Counted from the first letter of the stretch, positions 48,302 through 58,079 are shown. The stretch: 64,000 bases of DNA from an uncultured Candidatus Saccharibacteria bacterium (GCA_964474825.1 CAYYWQ010000001.1:485609-549608), one strand, 5' to 3'. Made by a program: numbers and translations. The notes: generated by a model from the sequence alone, not told the origin.

Positions 48302-48963
48302 TATTTTTCTCCCTGCCACTCCTTAAAAAATTCTTTTAAATACGCTTCCATAAACTTATGCCTTGGGCCCGCAATTCTTTTAGCAGTTTTGGTATTAAGT
48401 CTGTCTTTTATTAACAATAATTTTTCATAAAAATGATTAATACTAGTATTCTCGTTAATCCTATTCTTATATACTGCTTCTGTCATGTTTTTTAAAGGCT
48501 TTATTTTCGGGTCATAAATAGGCCTGTGAAAAGTTGCGCCCGTAGCCATGACCCTGGCAATACCAATAGCCCCTAAGGCCTCTAAACGGTCAGCATCCTG
48601 GACAATTTTAGCTTCAAGGGTTTTGGCTCCGTTTTTGGCCCCGGCTCCCTTAAAAGAAACATTGTCTACAATGTGGGTTACTTTTCTAATAGTAGTCATA
48701 TCCACACCCAAAGACTTAAGTAACTTCCCAGCCACCTTCCCTCCGGCATTAAAATTTCCCTTGTAAAACTTCCAGTCCGCAATATCATGGAGCAACGCCC
48801 CCATTTCAATTATAAAAAGATTTTTCGCTTTTTCTCCGCGGGCAATTCGTAATGCCAACACCCTCACTCTATGCAAGTGATACCAATCATGCCCCGAAGA
48901 ATCTTGGGAAAATTTTTTCTTAAGATGTTTCTCAAGTTTTTTTATTACTTTATTATTTTGCAT
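48301..48963 (-). CDS. HD-domain phosphohydrolase
   Basis: GHDWYH; LLHDIAD; QDADRL; HFYEKLL. Confidence 0.88.
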   Translation of the reverse strand: MQNNKVIKKLEKHLKKKFSQDSSGHDWYHLHRVRVLALRIARGEKAKNLFIIEMGALLHDIADWKFYKGNFNAGGKVAGKLLKSLGVDMTTIRKVTHIVDNVSFKGAGAKNGAKTLEAKIVQDADRLEALGAIGIARVMATGATFHRPIYDPKIKPLKNMTEAVYKNRINENTSINHFYEKLLLIKDRLNTKTAKRIAGPRHKFMEAYLKEFFKEWQGEK

Positions 48964-48965
48964 AA

Positions 48966-49190
48966 TTACCGAGCCGGAGTTTCTGTCACTGTTTCAAAAA
49001 ACAACTTGCCGTCAACGGTTCTGCATTGGCGGGGATAGCTTTCCATAACCGGGTACCCGGCGGCAACGCATTCCTGAAAACTATTTACTTTAGGAGGCTT
49101 TGGGCTTTTGTTGCGGACAATAATAAAAGTTGCGATTGCCGACAAGGCAATTAAAAATATAGCTGTATAAATTCTTACGTCACTTCTCAT
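48966..49190 (-). CDS. Small membrane-anchored Cys-motif protein
   Basis: SFQECVAAGYPVMESYPRQC. Confidence 0.7.
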   Translation of the reverse strand: MRSDVRIYTAIFLIALSAIATFIIVRNKSPKPPKVNSFQECVAAGYPVMESYPRQCRTVDGKLFFETVTETPAR

Positions 49191-49194
49191 AAAT

Positions 49195-49896
49195 TTATAT
49201 AATCTCCCTTCTAATTTTTAAAGCCATCCCCGGCCTGTTTGTGGTTATAGAGCTAACTCGGTTATTTAGTAAAAATCTCTTTAATAACACCGGATCATCT
49301 ACCGGCCACAGGGTGATTTGGTATTTCTGGGGAATAAATTTATACAGTTTCCAGTCCATTAGCTTCCAATTTAAACAAAAACCGTTTACCAGGGACAATA
49401 CTTTCCTTCTATGGAATAAAAACCACAAAAGCCCAAAAAATTTTTTCCCTTTTGAACTTAAAATTAAATTTACGGTAATTTCCGGGTAAAGCTCTTTTAC
49501 CCTGGCAAGAATTTCAAAATTAAAGGAAATAATTTCAAAATGCTCCAGACTTAAAAACTTTTTTGCAACTTCTGCCGTTTCCCGCTCGTAACCTTTGGCT
49601 TTAATTTCTATGCTGAAATTAATTTTCCCCGCAAAAAATTCTAAAACCTGCTCTAGGGTGGGGACAATAAAGTTTTTCTGCCGAGCCTGCTGCTGAAGCT
49701 GCTTAAAACTAATAGAATCAATTTTTTGCCCGTTTATACTACTGTCATGGAAAACCGCTAAACTGCCGTCTGCCGTTTGCCTGACATCGAGCTCTATAAA
49801 GTCTGCCCCTAAATCTACGGCTTTTTGAAAAGCCTCTAAAGTATTTTCACGCGCTAAGTTTGAAGCGCCTCGGTGCGCCACAATTAACTTTAACAT
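49195..49896 (-). CDS. Glycerophosphodiester phosphodiesterase
   Basis: AHRGAS; ENT; ELDV; HD; EIK. Confidence 0.9.
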   Translation of the reverse strand: MLKLIVAHRGASNLARENTLEAFQKAVDLGADFIELDVRQTADGSLAVFHDSSINGQKIDSISFKQLQQQARQKNFIVPTLEQVLEFFAGKINFSIEIKAKGYERETAEVAKKFLSLEHFEIISFNFEILARVKELYPEITVNLILSSKGKKFFGLLWFLFHRRKVLSLVNGFCLNWKLMDWKLYKFIPQKYQITLWPVDDPVLLKRFLLNNRVSSITTNRPGMALKIRREII

Positions 49897-49904
49897 TAAA
49901 GAAT

Positions 49905-50522
49905 TTATTTATTAACTCTTACAAAATAAAACAAAAAGACGCTTTTATCCTCACTTGAATACAAATACTCGCCGGTTTCTATAACTTCAAAATTATTTTC
50001 TTTAAGTATTTGCCCAAACTCCGCTAAATTATACTTGGCAAAAAAACGCTTTTCACTTGAATGTTTTGAATCCTCAATTTTTTCCCCCTCTCCTTCCTTT
50101 AGCGCAATAAAACCAATTCCGTTGTTTTTTATAATTCTTCTGACGCTTTGTAAAACTGTAGAAATTTTTGATTTAGGAACGTGCAAAAAAGAACAGGCGG
50201 CCCAAAAACCATCGAATTCATCGGCGGGAAAATCCAATTGGTAAAAGTCCTTCTTCAAAAAATTTCCTTTTGGGTTTCTCTTCCGAGCTTCCTCAAGCAT
50301 AGCCTCTGAAGCGTCGATACCCAAATAACTGTAATTATTTTCAATAAACCAGGCAGCATCGTTACCACTACCGCAGCCTAAATCAATAATTTTCCCTTTT
50401 GGTAAAAAAGAAGAAAATTTCCTATGCTCATTATGCCAAAAATTTGACTGGTGCTTATTTGCCCACCACTGGGCATTTTTTGCATAGTAATCTTGGGTTA
50501 TTTTTTCTTGATCGGAAAGCAT
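49905..50522 (-). CDS. Class I SAM-dependent methyltransferase
   Basis: IDLGCGSG; FDGFWA..SFLH. Confidence 0.88.
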   Translation of the reverse strand: MLSDQEKITQDYYAKNAQWWANKHQSNFWHNEHRKFSSFLPKGKIIDLGCGSGNDAAWFIENNYSYLGIDASEAMLEEARKRNPKGNFLKKDFYQLDFPADEFDGFWAACSFLHVPKSKISTVLQSVRRIIKNNGIGFIALKEGEGEKIEDSKHSSEKRFFAKYNLAEFGQILKENNFEVIETGEYLYSSEDKSVFLFYFVRVNK

Positions 50523-50531
50523 GGCCCAGGG

Positions 50532-51818
50532 TTATTTTTTTACAAAAACCGAAATATTTTTTTTATCTAAAATCTCTTCCTTTCCCAACTTTAAACTTTT
50601 AACTTTATACTTTCCACTTTTTACTTCTTCTTCCCCTACTACCAAAACAAACGGAATTTTTTGTTTGTCAGCGGTTTTTACTTGGGAGGAAACTTTTTTG
50701 TCTGTAATGTCTACTGCTACATTTGCGCCTTGCGCTCTTAACTCAGAAGCTAACTGATTTGCCGCAGCAAGATAACCTTCGAGATGACAAACATACAAAT
50801 CCACCGGGGGTCTGTATTCGGGCAAAAGGCCGTAGGTTTCCAAAAAGTCTTTGGTAGTTACGTCTCCCCAACCAAAACCAACACCCGAAACTTTTTCAAC
50901 GCCGAATATAGAAACCAGGTCGTCATACCTACCCCCGCCAAAAAGCGCGCGGGGGTTTACGGGGTTTACGTCGTACAATTCAAACACAGTGCCGGTATAA
51001 TAATCAAAACCCCTAACCAAGCTTGGGTCAAACACTACGTTGTTAATCTTTAAGTTTTTTATGCTCTCTAAAACACCCAGTAATTCTTTTGCGCCTTCGC
51101 AGGCTAAGATTTTTGGGTCTAATTTATCTACAGATTTTATTTCTAAAACTTCCAAAAGCATTTTAGTTTTGTCTGCCAAAATTTCTTCCATGGCCGCTGC
51201 AAATGCCGCGCTCTCCATTTTATTTTTTTTGTCTATAAGCTTGGAAGCTTTATGGGATTGTTCTGGCGTCACGCCAATATAATCCTGCATAATATAATTC
51301 ATCATGCGGCGGTTGTTTATGCGAATTTCAAAAGTCTCGTCCTTAGCGCCAAAGGACTTCATGGTGTTGTAGGCAAGATTGATTATTTCCACGTCAGCCT
51401 CTATGCTGTCCACGCCAAAAATATCTACATTCAATTGCCAGTGTTCGCGAAGGCGGCCGCGCTGAGGACGCTCGTAGCGGAACAAATTTGGAATACTAAA
51501 CCAGCGAAGCGGAAAGGAAAGCTCCATGCGTTTTTGGGCAACCATTCTGGCAACCGTAGGGGTCATTTCCGGACGAATGGTAACATCGCGCCCGCCGCGG
51601 TCAGTAAAGGAATAGGTTTGCTCATTTACAATTTCTTCGCCGCTCTTGGCTCTATATAAATCTGTTTCTTCCAAAATGGAAGCATTGTATTCCAAATAGC
51701 CAAAACTCTCGGCAACTTTTTTCCAAACCGAAAAAATATGATTTTGCTTAAATTGCTCCTCAGGGTAAAAATCCCGCGTGCCTTTATACGGCTCTAAACT
51801 CAACTTTTTTTGTGTCAT
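50532..51818 (-). CDS. hisS: Histidine--tRNA ligase
   Basis: GTRDF; RPEMT; FRYERPQRGR; RGFDYYTG; GGGRYD. Confidence 0.97.
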   Translation of the reverse strand: MTQKKLSLEPYKGTRDFYPEEQFKQNHIFSVWKKVAESFGYLEYNASILEETDLYRAKSGEEIVNEQTYSFTDRGGRDVTIRPEMTPTVARMVAQKRMELSFPLRWFSIPNLFRYERPQRGRLREHWQLNVDIFGVDSIEADVEIINLAYNTMKSFGAKDETFEIRINNRRMMNYIMQDYIGVTPEQSHKASKLIDKKNKMESAAFAAAMEEILADKTKMLLEVLEIKSVDKLDPKILACEGAKELLGVLESIKNLKINNVVFDPSLVRGFDYYTGTVFELYDVNPVNPRALFGGGRYDDLVSIFGVEKVSGVGFGWGDVTTKDFLETYGLLPEYRPPVDLYVCHLEGYLAAANQLASELRAQGANVAVDITDKKVSSQVKTADKQKIPFVLVVGEEEVKSGKYKVKSLKLGKEEILDKKNISVFVKK

Positions 51819-51881
51819 CGCTCTTTAATCCTAAATCTTTAATCCTAAATCTTCTTGAAATATAGCAAAAATAAGGCTATT

Positions 51882-52484
51882 TTACAAACTGCTAAAAAAT
51901 CCCGGTTTGACTTTGGCAAAAAATCTTTCGACTTCATCTAGTAGCATATTGAAGTCTTTTTGATTAAAACCGGCCTTCTTTCTTTTTTCCTGTAGCCACT
52001 CATTCCAGCGCTTGTAAGTTACCTTGCTATCATAATAAAAACGCTGGTCAGCCAAATATGTATTGATTACCGGCAGTATCTTATCGAGAAGATAAATGAA
52101 TTTTGATTCTTTATCGCCCAGCCGCTCAAATTTGTTTATGGTCTTATATAAGTTGTCAAAGTCAGGAAATCGGCTCCTGATTTTTCTCAAAGCCGCAGTC
52201 TCGCGGCGGTGTTTGGAAGCAATAAATTTTTTTGGATGCGTGTGTGGATTGGTATCTCCGGCATAAACTTCGACCAAATCATGGCACAAAGCATATTCCA
52301 AAATTTTTTGGCGGTCTAACTTCAATTTTAACTTATTATTCAAATACCACGCCATTATGGCCAGCTGGTAACTATGCTCGGCATCGCTTTCCATCGAGTC
52401 GCGATCAATAATCTTAACGCTCCGTTCAATTCCGGCAAAACGGTGCGTCAATTCGAATAATTTAAACAGTTGTGACAAAGCCAT
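51882..52484 (-). CDS. HD domain protein (YfbR/HD_3-like)
   Basis: ESDAEHS; HDLVEVYAGD; DK. Confidence 0.85.
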   Translation of the reverse strand: MALSQLFKLFELTHRFAGIERSVKIIDRDSMESDAEHSYQLAIMAWYLNNKLKLKLDRQKILEYALCHDLVEVYAGDTNPHTHPKKFIASKHRRETAALRKIRSRFPDFDNLYKTINKFERLGDKESKFIYLLDKILPVINTYLADQRFYYDSKVTYKRWNEWLQEKRKKAGFNQKDFNMLLDEVERFFAKVKPGFFSSL

Positions 52485-52494
52485 AAACTCAAAT

Positions 52495-52737
52495 TTATTT
52501 GTTTCTCGCCAAATATTTCTGAAGTGCCAACGAAAGCCAAGCTAAAGCCAAAAATCCTGTCGAAGCCATGCTAAGCCACAGATGTAGAGAAAAATAAACA
52601 AAAGTATAAATCAAAAGCACGCCACCCGTCATTAGGCTTGTCGCAATGGGAGGTTTGTCTTTACCGAATAAAGAAGGAAACAAAGCAATAATAAAAATCC
52701 ACGAACCAACAGAGAGCACTATATCTTGCCAAGGCAT
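52495..52737 (-). CDS. Small 3-TM membrane protein (PQ-loop/SemiSWEET-like size and pattern)
   Basis: 80 aa, three hydrophobic segments, Pro after TM1. Confidence 0.6.
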   Translation of the reverse strand: MPWQDIVLSVGSWIFIIALFPSLFGKDKPPIATSLMTGGVLLIYTFVYFSLHLWLSMASTGFLALAWLSLALQKYLARNK

Positions 52738-52754
52738 ATTTTTTTATTTAAAAA

Positions 52755-53753
52755 TTAATAAAATGTAGTAAATGTTCTGTGGTAAGGTTTAATTTCCGCC
52801 TGCAATTTCTGGTCTTGGCTGGCCAGCCAAATTACGTGCCCAACTTGGAGAGATGTATACTCCGGCATTTGTTGGTGAAGTAATTCTACCCCCCAAATAG
52901 CGCCGCTGCGAATTTCCACTTCTTCTGCGCTGCCGGCAGGAATTTCTTTGCAAGAATCAACCGCCGCGCTAAGCTCGGGACTATATTCCAAAACCCCAAA
53001 ATGCCTGAGTAACTGCGGTAACTTGTAATCGGCAAATATGCATAGTTTGTCAAAATTTTTCAAAAACGGCCTTTTTGCGGTTGAAACAAGACGAAATTCA
53101 AAATCCAAAGCCAACAAATGGGCAATTTTTAAAAATACAACTTCTTTTCCCTTGTATGTGGCAACGTCTTTGTAAGACGGAAAATACTTCACTAAAATTT
53201 CAAACAATTTAACCGCGTCCCTGTCCGCCGCTTCTATTAAATTTGCCGCCTGCCCACCAAAATATTTTTTTAACGCCGCGGCATTTTGGTTAAGTATTTT
53301 AACACGGCTACTAAGCAAAGGAATTTCTGCTGCTGTAGATGCACGAAAAATATTTTTAATATCCGCCTCTGAAGCGTTTTCCAAAAAATTTACATCTGCA
53401 ACCGGCACGCCCTCGTCAAACGCGCGTTTAAAAGCCGCGCAAAGGCCATACCAGCCGTCCACCTTTTCTCCGTTAGGCATTGTTATTGCCCATTTCGGTT
53501 GGCCTGGGAAGGCCCAAAAACAATACGCCATCATAGATTCAAAAAAAACTAGCTGGGCGTCTGTTTTAAAATCCCCGGTCAAATTGTGGCCATGGTCCGG
53601 AAACTCGGTACTCGCCTTAAGATATTCCTTTATCCGCGTTGCATATTCTTTTACTGCCTCGGGCCTTAAAAAAACCGCTTCCGCATTTTCCATTACATAT
53701 TTAGTGGAAGAAAGAATGTTAAATGGGTCGGGAGTTGTAATTTCTAAATTCAT
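52755..53753 (-). CDS. Queuosine salvage protein (DUF2419/QNG1 family)
   Basis: FADYKLPQLLR..G.LEYS; EEVEIR; C-terminal YHRT..FY. Confidence 0.88.
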   Translation of the reverse strand: MNLEITTPDPFNILSSTKYVMENAEAVFLRPEAVKEYATRIKEYLKASTEFPDHGHNLTGDFKTDAQLVFFESMMAYCFWAFPGQPKWAITMPNGEKVDGWYGLCAAFKRAFDEGVPVADVNFLENASEADIKNIFRASTAAEIPLLSSRVKILNQNAAALKKYFGGQAANLIEAADRDAVKLFEILVKYFPSYKDVATYKGKEVVFLKIAHLLALDFEFRLVSTAKRPFLKNFDKLCIFADYKLPQLLRHFGVLEYSPELSAAVDSCKEIPAGSAEEVEIRSGAIWGVELLHQQMPEYTSLQVGHVIWLASQDQKLQAEIKPYHRTFTTFY

Positions 53754-53767
53754 TTACAATTCTTGCT

Positions 53768-55288
53768 CTAATTATAATATTGTTTCGCTAACTCAGAAAT
53801 TTTTTCCCAGTTATTGTTTATTAACTGTAGCGCTCTCTGACGGGAAATATTATAGGACTGCCAAATCCCACTTTCTTCGCGCAGCCGTTTTGCCTGGTCA
53901 TTTAAAGCCAGTGCCGCGCTGGTTGCAACGCTACGTCCATATTTGTCTTTTAAGGAAGTTTTGTCTAGCAGTTTTATTAGCTCCGGAGTGGCATCGGTTG
54001 AGAGCATGGAAATATAGCTTGTGTCTAATTTACCAACAGTTGCAAACTGTTCTATATTTTTTCGCGCAATAAACGCGTCCGGATTTAAGCAATTAAACAC
54101 AAAGAAAAAGGCCAATACTGAAACAATAACGCCAAAGAAAAAACTGCTATCCTGTAGACCAACTGTTATTTTATAAAAAAGCCACGAGAAGACTGCTGCT
54201 AACCAAACAATAAAGGCCTGAACCAAAATGCGCTGCATAGTAAAGCTATAAGCCTCTTCATAAATATTAAGCCTTAAAAAGGCTGAGGCCATTATTATCA
54301 AAACTAAAGCAATTAACACTCCGGACAAGGATTTAAAAATCCCAAAATGTCCGCGCTCGCTTCTTTCTATATATTTATCAGCTCCATAAATAAGACCAAA
54401 TGTTAGAACAGCCACAGCAATTAATTCTCCAAAGCCTTTATGGGCATACTCTGCGTAAGTGAATCCTAAGTCGGTTATTGCGGACTGTCCGGCAAATAAA
54501 TATTTAATTTGAATAATTACAAAAAGTAAAGACAAGGCGCTCAGGGAACCGAACAGGATTCCGGCCTCAATTTTGCCAAACCTGTATGTTATGGGGATCC
54601 GGGGAACTCGATCATGGAGTCTTGGAGATGCGTTTTCCAAAATATAAAAATACGTGCCCAGCCAAATAAAGGCAAAAGTCAAAGTCCAGAAAATTTTAGC
54701 AGTTAGCGTAGGACTAATTTCAAAATTAAAAATATTTGAAAGCATTCTACTAAATACCAGGTCGGCAGAAGACAGTAAAAGTATAAAAATAATAAGGAAG
54801 GGTAAAGTAATAAAAATACCTTTAACCACCTGGGAATATTTTTGGCTTTCTTTAAACCCTTTACCTACTGTTAGCATTCTCCCAAGCGCTACAAAAGATT
54901 TACCAAGCATTTTAAAAGGGAGGACGCACCCGTTTAGAATGTAGTCAAAAAATGAATAATGCCTAATTGTTTTACCACTAATATGATTCGCAAGCAGAAG
55001 AAGCAAACCCAGAGTTACTATAAAGTTCCAAAAAATTAAAAACTGACTGTCTCTTACTGCTATCATTACCGAAAAAAATAAAATAGGCGCCAAATACCAT
55101 AAGGCGCTTTTTACGTAAACAATTTTAAAATAATCTAGCAAGCCAAATAATGCTATTAGAAGAAGAAACACATAAACAAAAAACGACAAGCCGATTTGCT
55201 TGTCAAAAAAACAAAAATTAAAAAGCAGTCCTAAAACAAACGCCACTGCTCCAATTATATATATATTTTTGGTTGAAAGTGTTTGCAT
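53768..55288 (-). CDS. DUF4153/DUF4173 polytopic membrane protein
   Basis: LLSSAD; Q..YLF; TYAEYAHKGF; RL..YE.AY.FT..R; NPD. Confidence 0.85.
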   Translation of the reverse strand: MQTLSTKNIYIIGAVAFVLGLLFNFCFFDKQIGLSFFVYVFLLLIALFGLLDYFKIVYVKSALWYLAPILFFSVMIAVRDSQFLIFWNFIVTLGLLLLLANHISGKTIRHYSFFDYILNGCVLPFKMLGKSFVALGRMLTVGKGFKESQKYSQVVKGIFITLPFLIIFILLLSSADLVFSRMLSNIFNFEISPTLTAKIFWTLTFAFIWLGTYFYILENASPRLHDRVPRIPITYRFGKIEAGILFGSLSALSLLFVIIQIKYLFAGQSAITDLGFTYAEYAHKGFGELIAVAVLTFGLIYGADKYIERSERGHFGIFKSLSGVLIALVLIIMASAFLRLNIYEEAYSFTMQRILVQAFIVWLAAVFSWLFYKITVGLQDSSFFFGVIVSVLAFFFVFNCLNPDAFIARKNIEQFATVGKLDTSYISMLSTDATPELIKLLDKTSLKDKYGRSVATSAALALNDQAKRLREESGIWQSYNISRQRALQLINNNWEKISELAKQYYN

Positions 55289-55310
55289 GTTTTTAGAGAA
55301 GTTTTAATTA

Positions 55311-55952
55311 TTAATTTCCTAAATACTTGTAACCCCACAGGCTTCCTTCCGCTCTTTGCTGGTCAAGGTAACAGGGAAGCTCCATCTCTCCTGTAAAGCC
55401 AGTTTTATATTCGGCTATATGACAACTTTCATGGACAATGGCTCCCCCAACAGCCGCAGCCTCACCACTGGGCATTATTTTCCCTACATTAACCTCAATG
55501 GTAGAGGTATTGTTCTGGGTGCAGCCCATTACGTCCTGCCCGCTGCACAATGTTACTGGAATCTTTATAAGGCTAACATTTTTACAGACTTGTTTATAGT
55601 CAGGAAAGTCTGCCTTTCTTAAGGCATCCAGTACATACTTAATTTCCTTAATATCTTCTTTCGGGTAATACTGCGATGATTTTATAGTAATGAAGCAGTT
55701 GTTTAAAACGTCAATATACGTTGAGGGGCTTACAGAGCGATACCAGGCGATTATCGGTAAAGCTACAAGAACAAAAAAAACGGCAAAATATACTAATACC
55801 TTTAGAATTATTACAACTGGCCTGGACCATGGAGCTTTTTTGCCGGCGCGCAGCTTATGATTCAGTACGGAAAAATCCGGCAGCCCAGAATCCTTATTGG
55901 AACCTGGCGTTTTGCCCAAATTTTTCCCGATTGGTGGCATTCCTGAAGCCAT
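55311..55952 (-). CDS. Membrane-anchored putative Zn metallopeptidase
   Basis: Single TM; IVHESCH (HExxH) with downstream Glu. Confidence 0.6.
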   Translation of the reverse strand: MASGMPPIGKNLGKTPGSNKDSGLPDFSVLNHKLRAGKKAPWSRPVVIILKVLVYFAVFFVLVALPIIAWYRSVSPSTYIDVLNNCFITIKSSQYYPKEDIKEIKYVLDALRKADFPDYKQVCKNVSLIKIPVTLCSGQDVMGCTQNNTSTIEVNVGKIMPSGEAAAVGGAIVHESCHIAEYKTGFTGEMELPCYLDQQRAEGSLWGYKYLGN

Positions 55953-55957
55953 AAAAA

Positions 55958-57466
55958 TTAAGGATTGTCTTTCAACCTATTAAAATAATTAGCAATGTCG
56001 TTGTCGGTTACCATGCATTTAAAAGAATCGGCTTCATTTAGGCCCTCAACGCAAAACGCAGACCAAATATTTTTGTCGGGATACTGGTACAAGGGAAGGA
56101 CTCCGTGATTATTGCAATCGTTTGGAATTTTTGACACCAGCGATTCCCATTCTTTAAAAATATTTGGGGAATATAATACCACATCCCCGTCAATTACTTG
56201 TTCGTATGTCACCAAATTATTTATATTGTCAATTGATTCTTTAAATTCCGGATGAGCCTTACTACAATATTCGTCTATAATTTTTTTCGAGCTTTTTACG
56301 TAAAGGCTCCAATCTGTCACCCGCCTAATAACATCCGCCTCATGGAGCTGCTCGGGATATCTCTCGGGGCTGGTTCTAAGCGGCACCGGCTCGTCCACCT
56401 TTTGCAATTTTGCATAGTATTCAAGTACGCTGTTAGCGCTTGTGTTACATTTCTCTAAATCTTCGTCTGTCATGCCTAAAATACATCCCTTACTCCAAAG
56501 CACACGGTTTTCAGGAAAATGATAAACCAAGCTAATAGGTTCAGCTGCACATTCCTCGTTAATTTTATTTATAGAACTCAGCACATCATACATAATATCC
56601 GCACTGGTATAAAAAAATTGATTACCCTCTACAACCTTCCCAAATACCGGCTCTTTCCGGGTGCGGGAAACAACCATTTGGGCCTGGGCATCCGACAACT
56701 GGCAAGACTCGCTAATAAGCGGGCTGTCGCTTTTGGTATAGCTTCCCCAATTTTCCACTTCCTTCATTATTGGATAATCTTCCTGAAGCTGGCTAAATCT
56801 TTCTTTTTCTACCTTTGCCTGATTCTGGTTTACGGAATCAAAATTTAAAGCAGGCGGCTGATAATTGCCCGTGTGAGTTTTGGTATAGTTAATGGAAGTA
56901 TAAACTACCGGTAAACCAACTGCTATTAAAACGCTTAAGGCTATTTTAAAAGTACTATACTCTTCCGTGCGTCTTACAAAGTTCCTAACTATATGAACAA
57001 CCGCAATAACAACAAAAACTATACAAATAGGTAAAAGATAAAAATAAGCCTCTTTATACTCACGCAAATCAAAGATTTGGAAAAAACCAGAAAAAATTAA
57101 GTTCCTGTCCCCTCCTGAAAAAATTTGCGACTCAAAAATTATTGCTCCTAACAATGACGCGGTATATCCTATATAGATATTGCTAAATTTTTTCCAAGAA
57201 AAAACGCCAACCACTAACGAGTACGCCAATGGTAAAACAAAAATGACTTTCTCAAATCCGCTCAAAAATAATAAAAACCAACTGAAAACATACGGATTTA
57301 CTTTTGCAAAAACTGCCAACAAAACATACACAACGCTTATGGGAATATAAATTATTTCCCAAATTGTTATAACTTTATTTTTTACCGGTACTTCCACCTT
57401 CTTCGTAAGAGCACTGAAATCCGGCAAAAGATTATTACTTGGCTGCGGCTTAAATTCCTCGGGCAT
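55958..57466 (-). CDS. Membrane protein with duplicated Cys-containing C-terminal domain
   Basis: About five TMs; two related YxxP..WS..C..G....D..KC segments. Confidence 0.65.
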   Translation of the reverse strand: MPEEFKPQPSNNLLPDFSALTKKVEVPVKNKVITIWEIIYIPISVVYVLLAVFAKVNPYVFSWFLLFLSGFEKVIFVLPLAYSLVVGVFSWKKFSNIYIGYTASLLGAIIFESQIFSGGDRNLIFSGFFQIFDLREYKEAYFYLLPICIVFVVIAVVHIVRNFVRRTEEYSTFKIALSVLIAVGLPVVYTSINYTKTHTGNYQPPALNFDSVNQNQAKVEKERFSQLQEDYPIMKEVENWGSYTKSDSPLISESCQLSDAQAQMVVSRTRKEPVFGKVVEGNQFFYTSADIMYDVLSSINKINEECAAEPISLVYHFPENRVLWSKGCILGMTDEDLEKCNTSANSVLEYYAKLQKVDEPVPLRTSPERYPEQLHEADVIRRVTDWSLYVKSSKKIIDEYCSKAHPEFKESIDNINNLVTYEQVIDGDVVLYSPNIFKEWESLVSKIPNDCNNHGVLPLYQYPDKNIWSAFCVEGLNEADSFKCMVTDNDIANYFNRLKDNP

Positions 57467-57520
57467 ATTTATTTTATCTAAACTTCAACAAATCTTCTGT
57501 GGCGTAAGCCAGGCGAAGTC

Positions 57521-57580
57521 TGGAGCGGGACAAGAGAATCCCCGCCCAAATGCCCGCAACGGGCTTTTGGCGGAGAACCC
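57521..57580 (-). pseudogene. tRNA-Gly 3' fragment interrupted in the T-loop by a 34-bp hairpin
   Basis: Minus strand GGGTTC[hairpin 57574-57541]GATTCTCTTGTCCCGCTCCA versus intact GGGTTCGATTCCCGTATCCCGCTCCA. Confidence 0.8.
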
Positions 57581-57595
57581 AACAAAAAATCCGTA

Positions 57596-57669
57596 TGGAG
57601 CGGGATACGGGAATCGAACCCGTGTCTAAACCATGGGAAGGTCTCATACTACCATTGTACTAATCCCGC
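57596..57669 (-). tRNA. tRNA-Gly(CCC)
   Basis: GCGGGAT..ATCCCGC-TCCA; anticodon arm AGACC-TTCCCAT-GGTTT. Confidence 0.95.
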
Positions 57670-57942
57670 ATTTAAATCTTTTAAATAAGTATCTAATCGT
57701 TTGTTAATATAACCTCTACCAAAACCTGTCTTTAATTGTAACTCTCTTTTTCTCGCATCTGTTTTATTTAAACAGGATTCATAATAAACAAGGATAATCT
57801 TATCAAACTTAGATGTTGTTTTAACTTCTGCGTTTTTATGTTCTGTAAGACGATTTTTTAAATCTTCTGTGAAGCCAATATAAAATTCGTGCGAGTTCTT
57901 ATCTTCGTTATTAGAACATAATAACACATACGTATAATACAT
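57649..57942 (-). CDS. GIY-YIG nuclease family protein
   Basis: YYTYVL..FYIGFTEDLKNRL..H..LVYYE..A..RE.QLK.G.GR; stop codon lies inside the tRNA. Confidence 0.9.
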   Translation of the reverse strand: MYYTYVLLCSNNEDKNSHEFYIGFTEDLKNRLTEHKNAEVKTTSKFDKIILVYYESCLNKTDARKRELQLKTGFGRGYINKRLDTYLKDLNAGLVQW

Positions 57943-57962
57943 AAACTAGTCGGCTAACTTGG

Positions 57963-58038
57963 CCCGCCCAAAGGCCGCTTTAGCGGCCATTATGGCGGGT
58001 CCGCCTAAATGTCCCGCCTCAGCGGGACTTTGGGCGGA
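57963..58038. repeat. Two back-to-back REP-like GC hairpins in opposite orientation
   Basis: CCGCC-CAAA-GGCCGC-TTTA-GCGGCC-ATTAT-GGCGG and CCGCC-TAAAT-GTCCCGC-CTCA-GCGGGAC-TTTG-GGCGG. Confidence 0.85.
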
Positions 58039-58071
58039 GAAGGTCTCATACTACCATTGTACTAATCCCGC
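58039..58071 (-). pseudogene. tRNA-Gly 5' half (through first anticodon base)
   Basis: 58039-58073 is identical to 57637-57671. Confidence 0.85.
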
Positions 58072-58079
58072 ATGTGATA

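Noticed and set aside
57596-58071. Group I intron with homing endonuclease in tRNA-Gly
   Set aside because: The inner tRNA is complete, and the non-coding part of the insert is too short for a ribozyme core.
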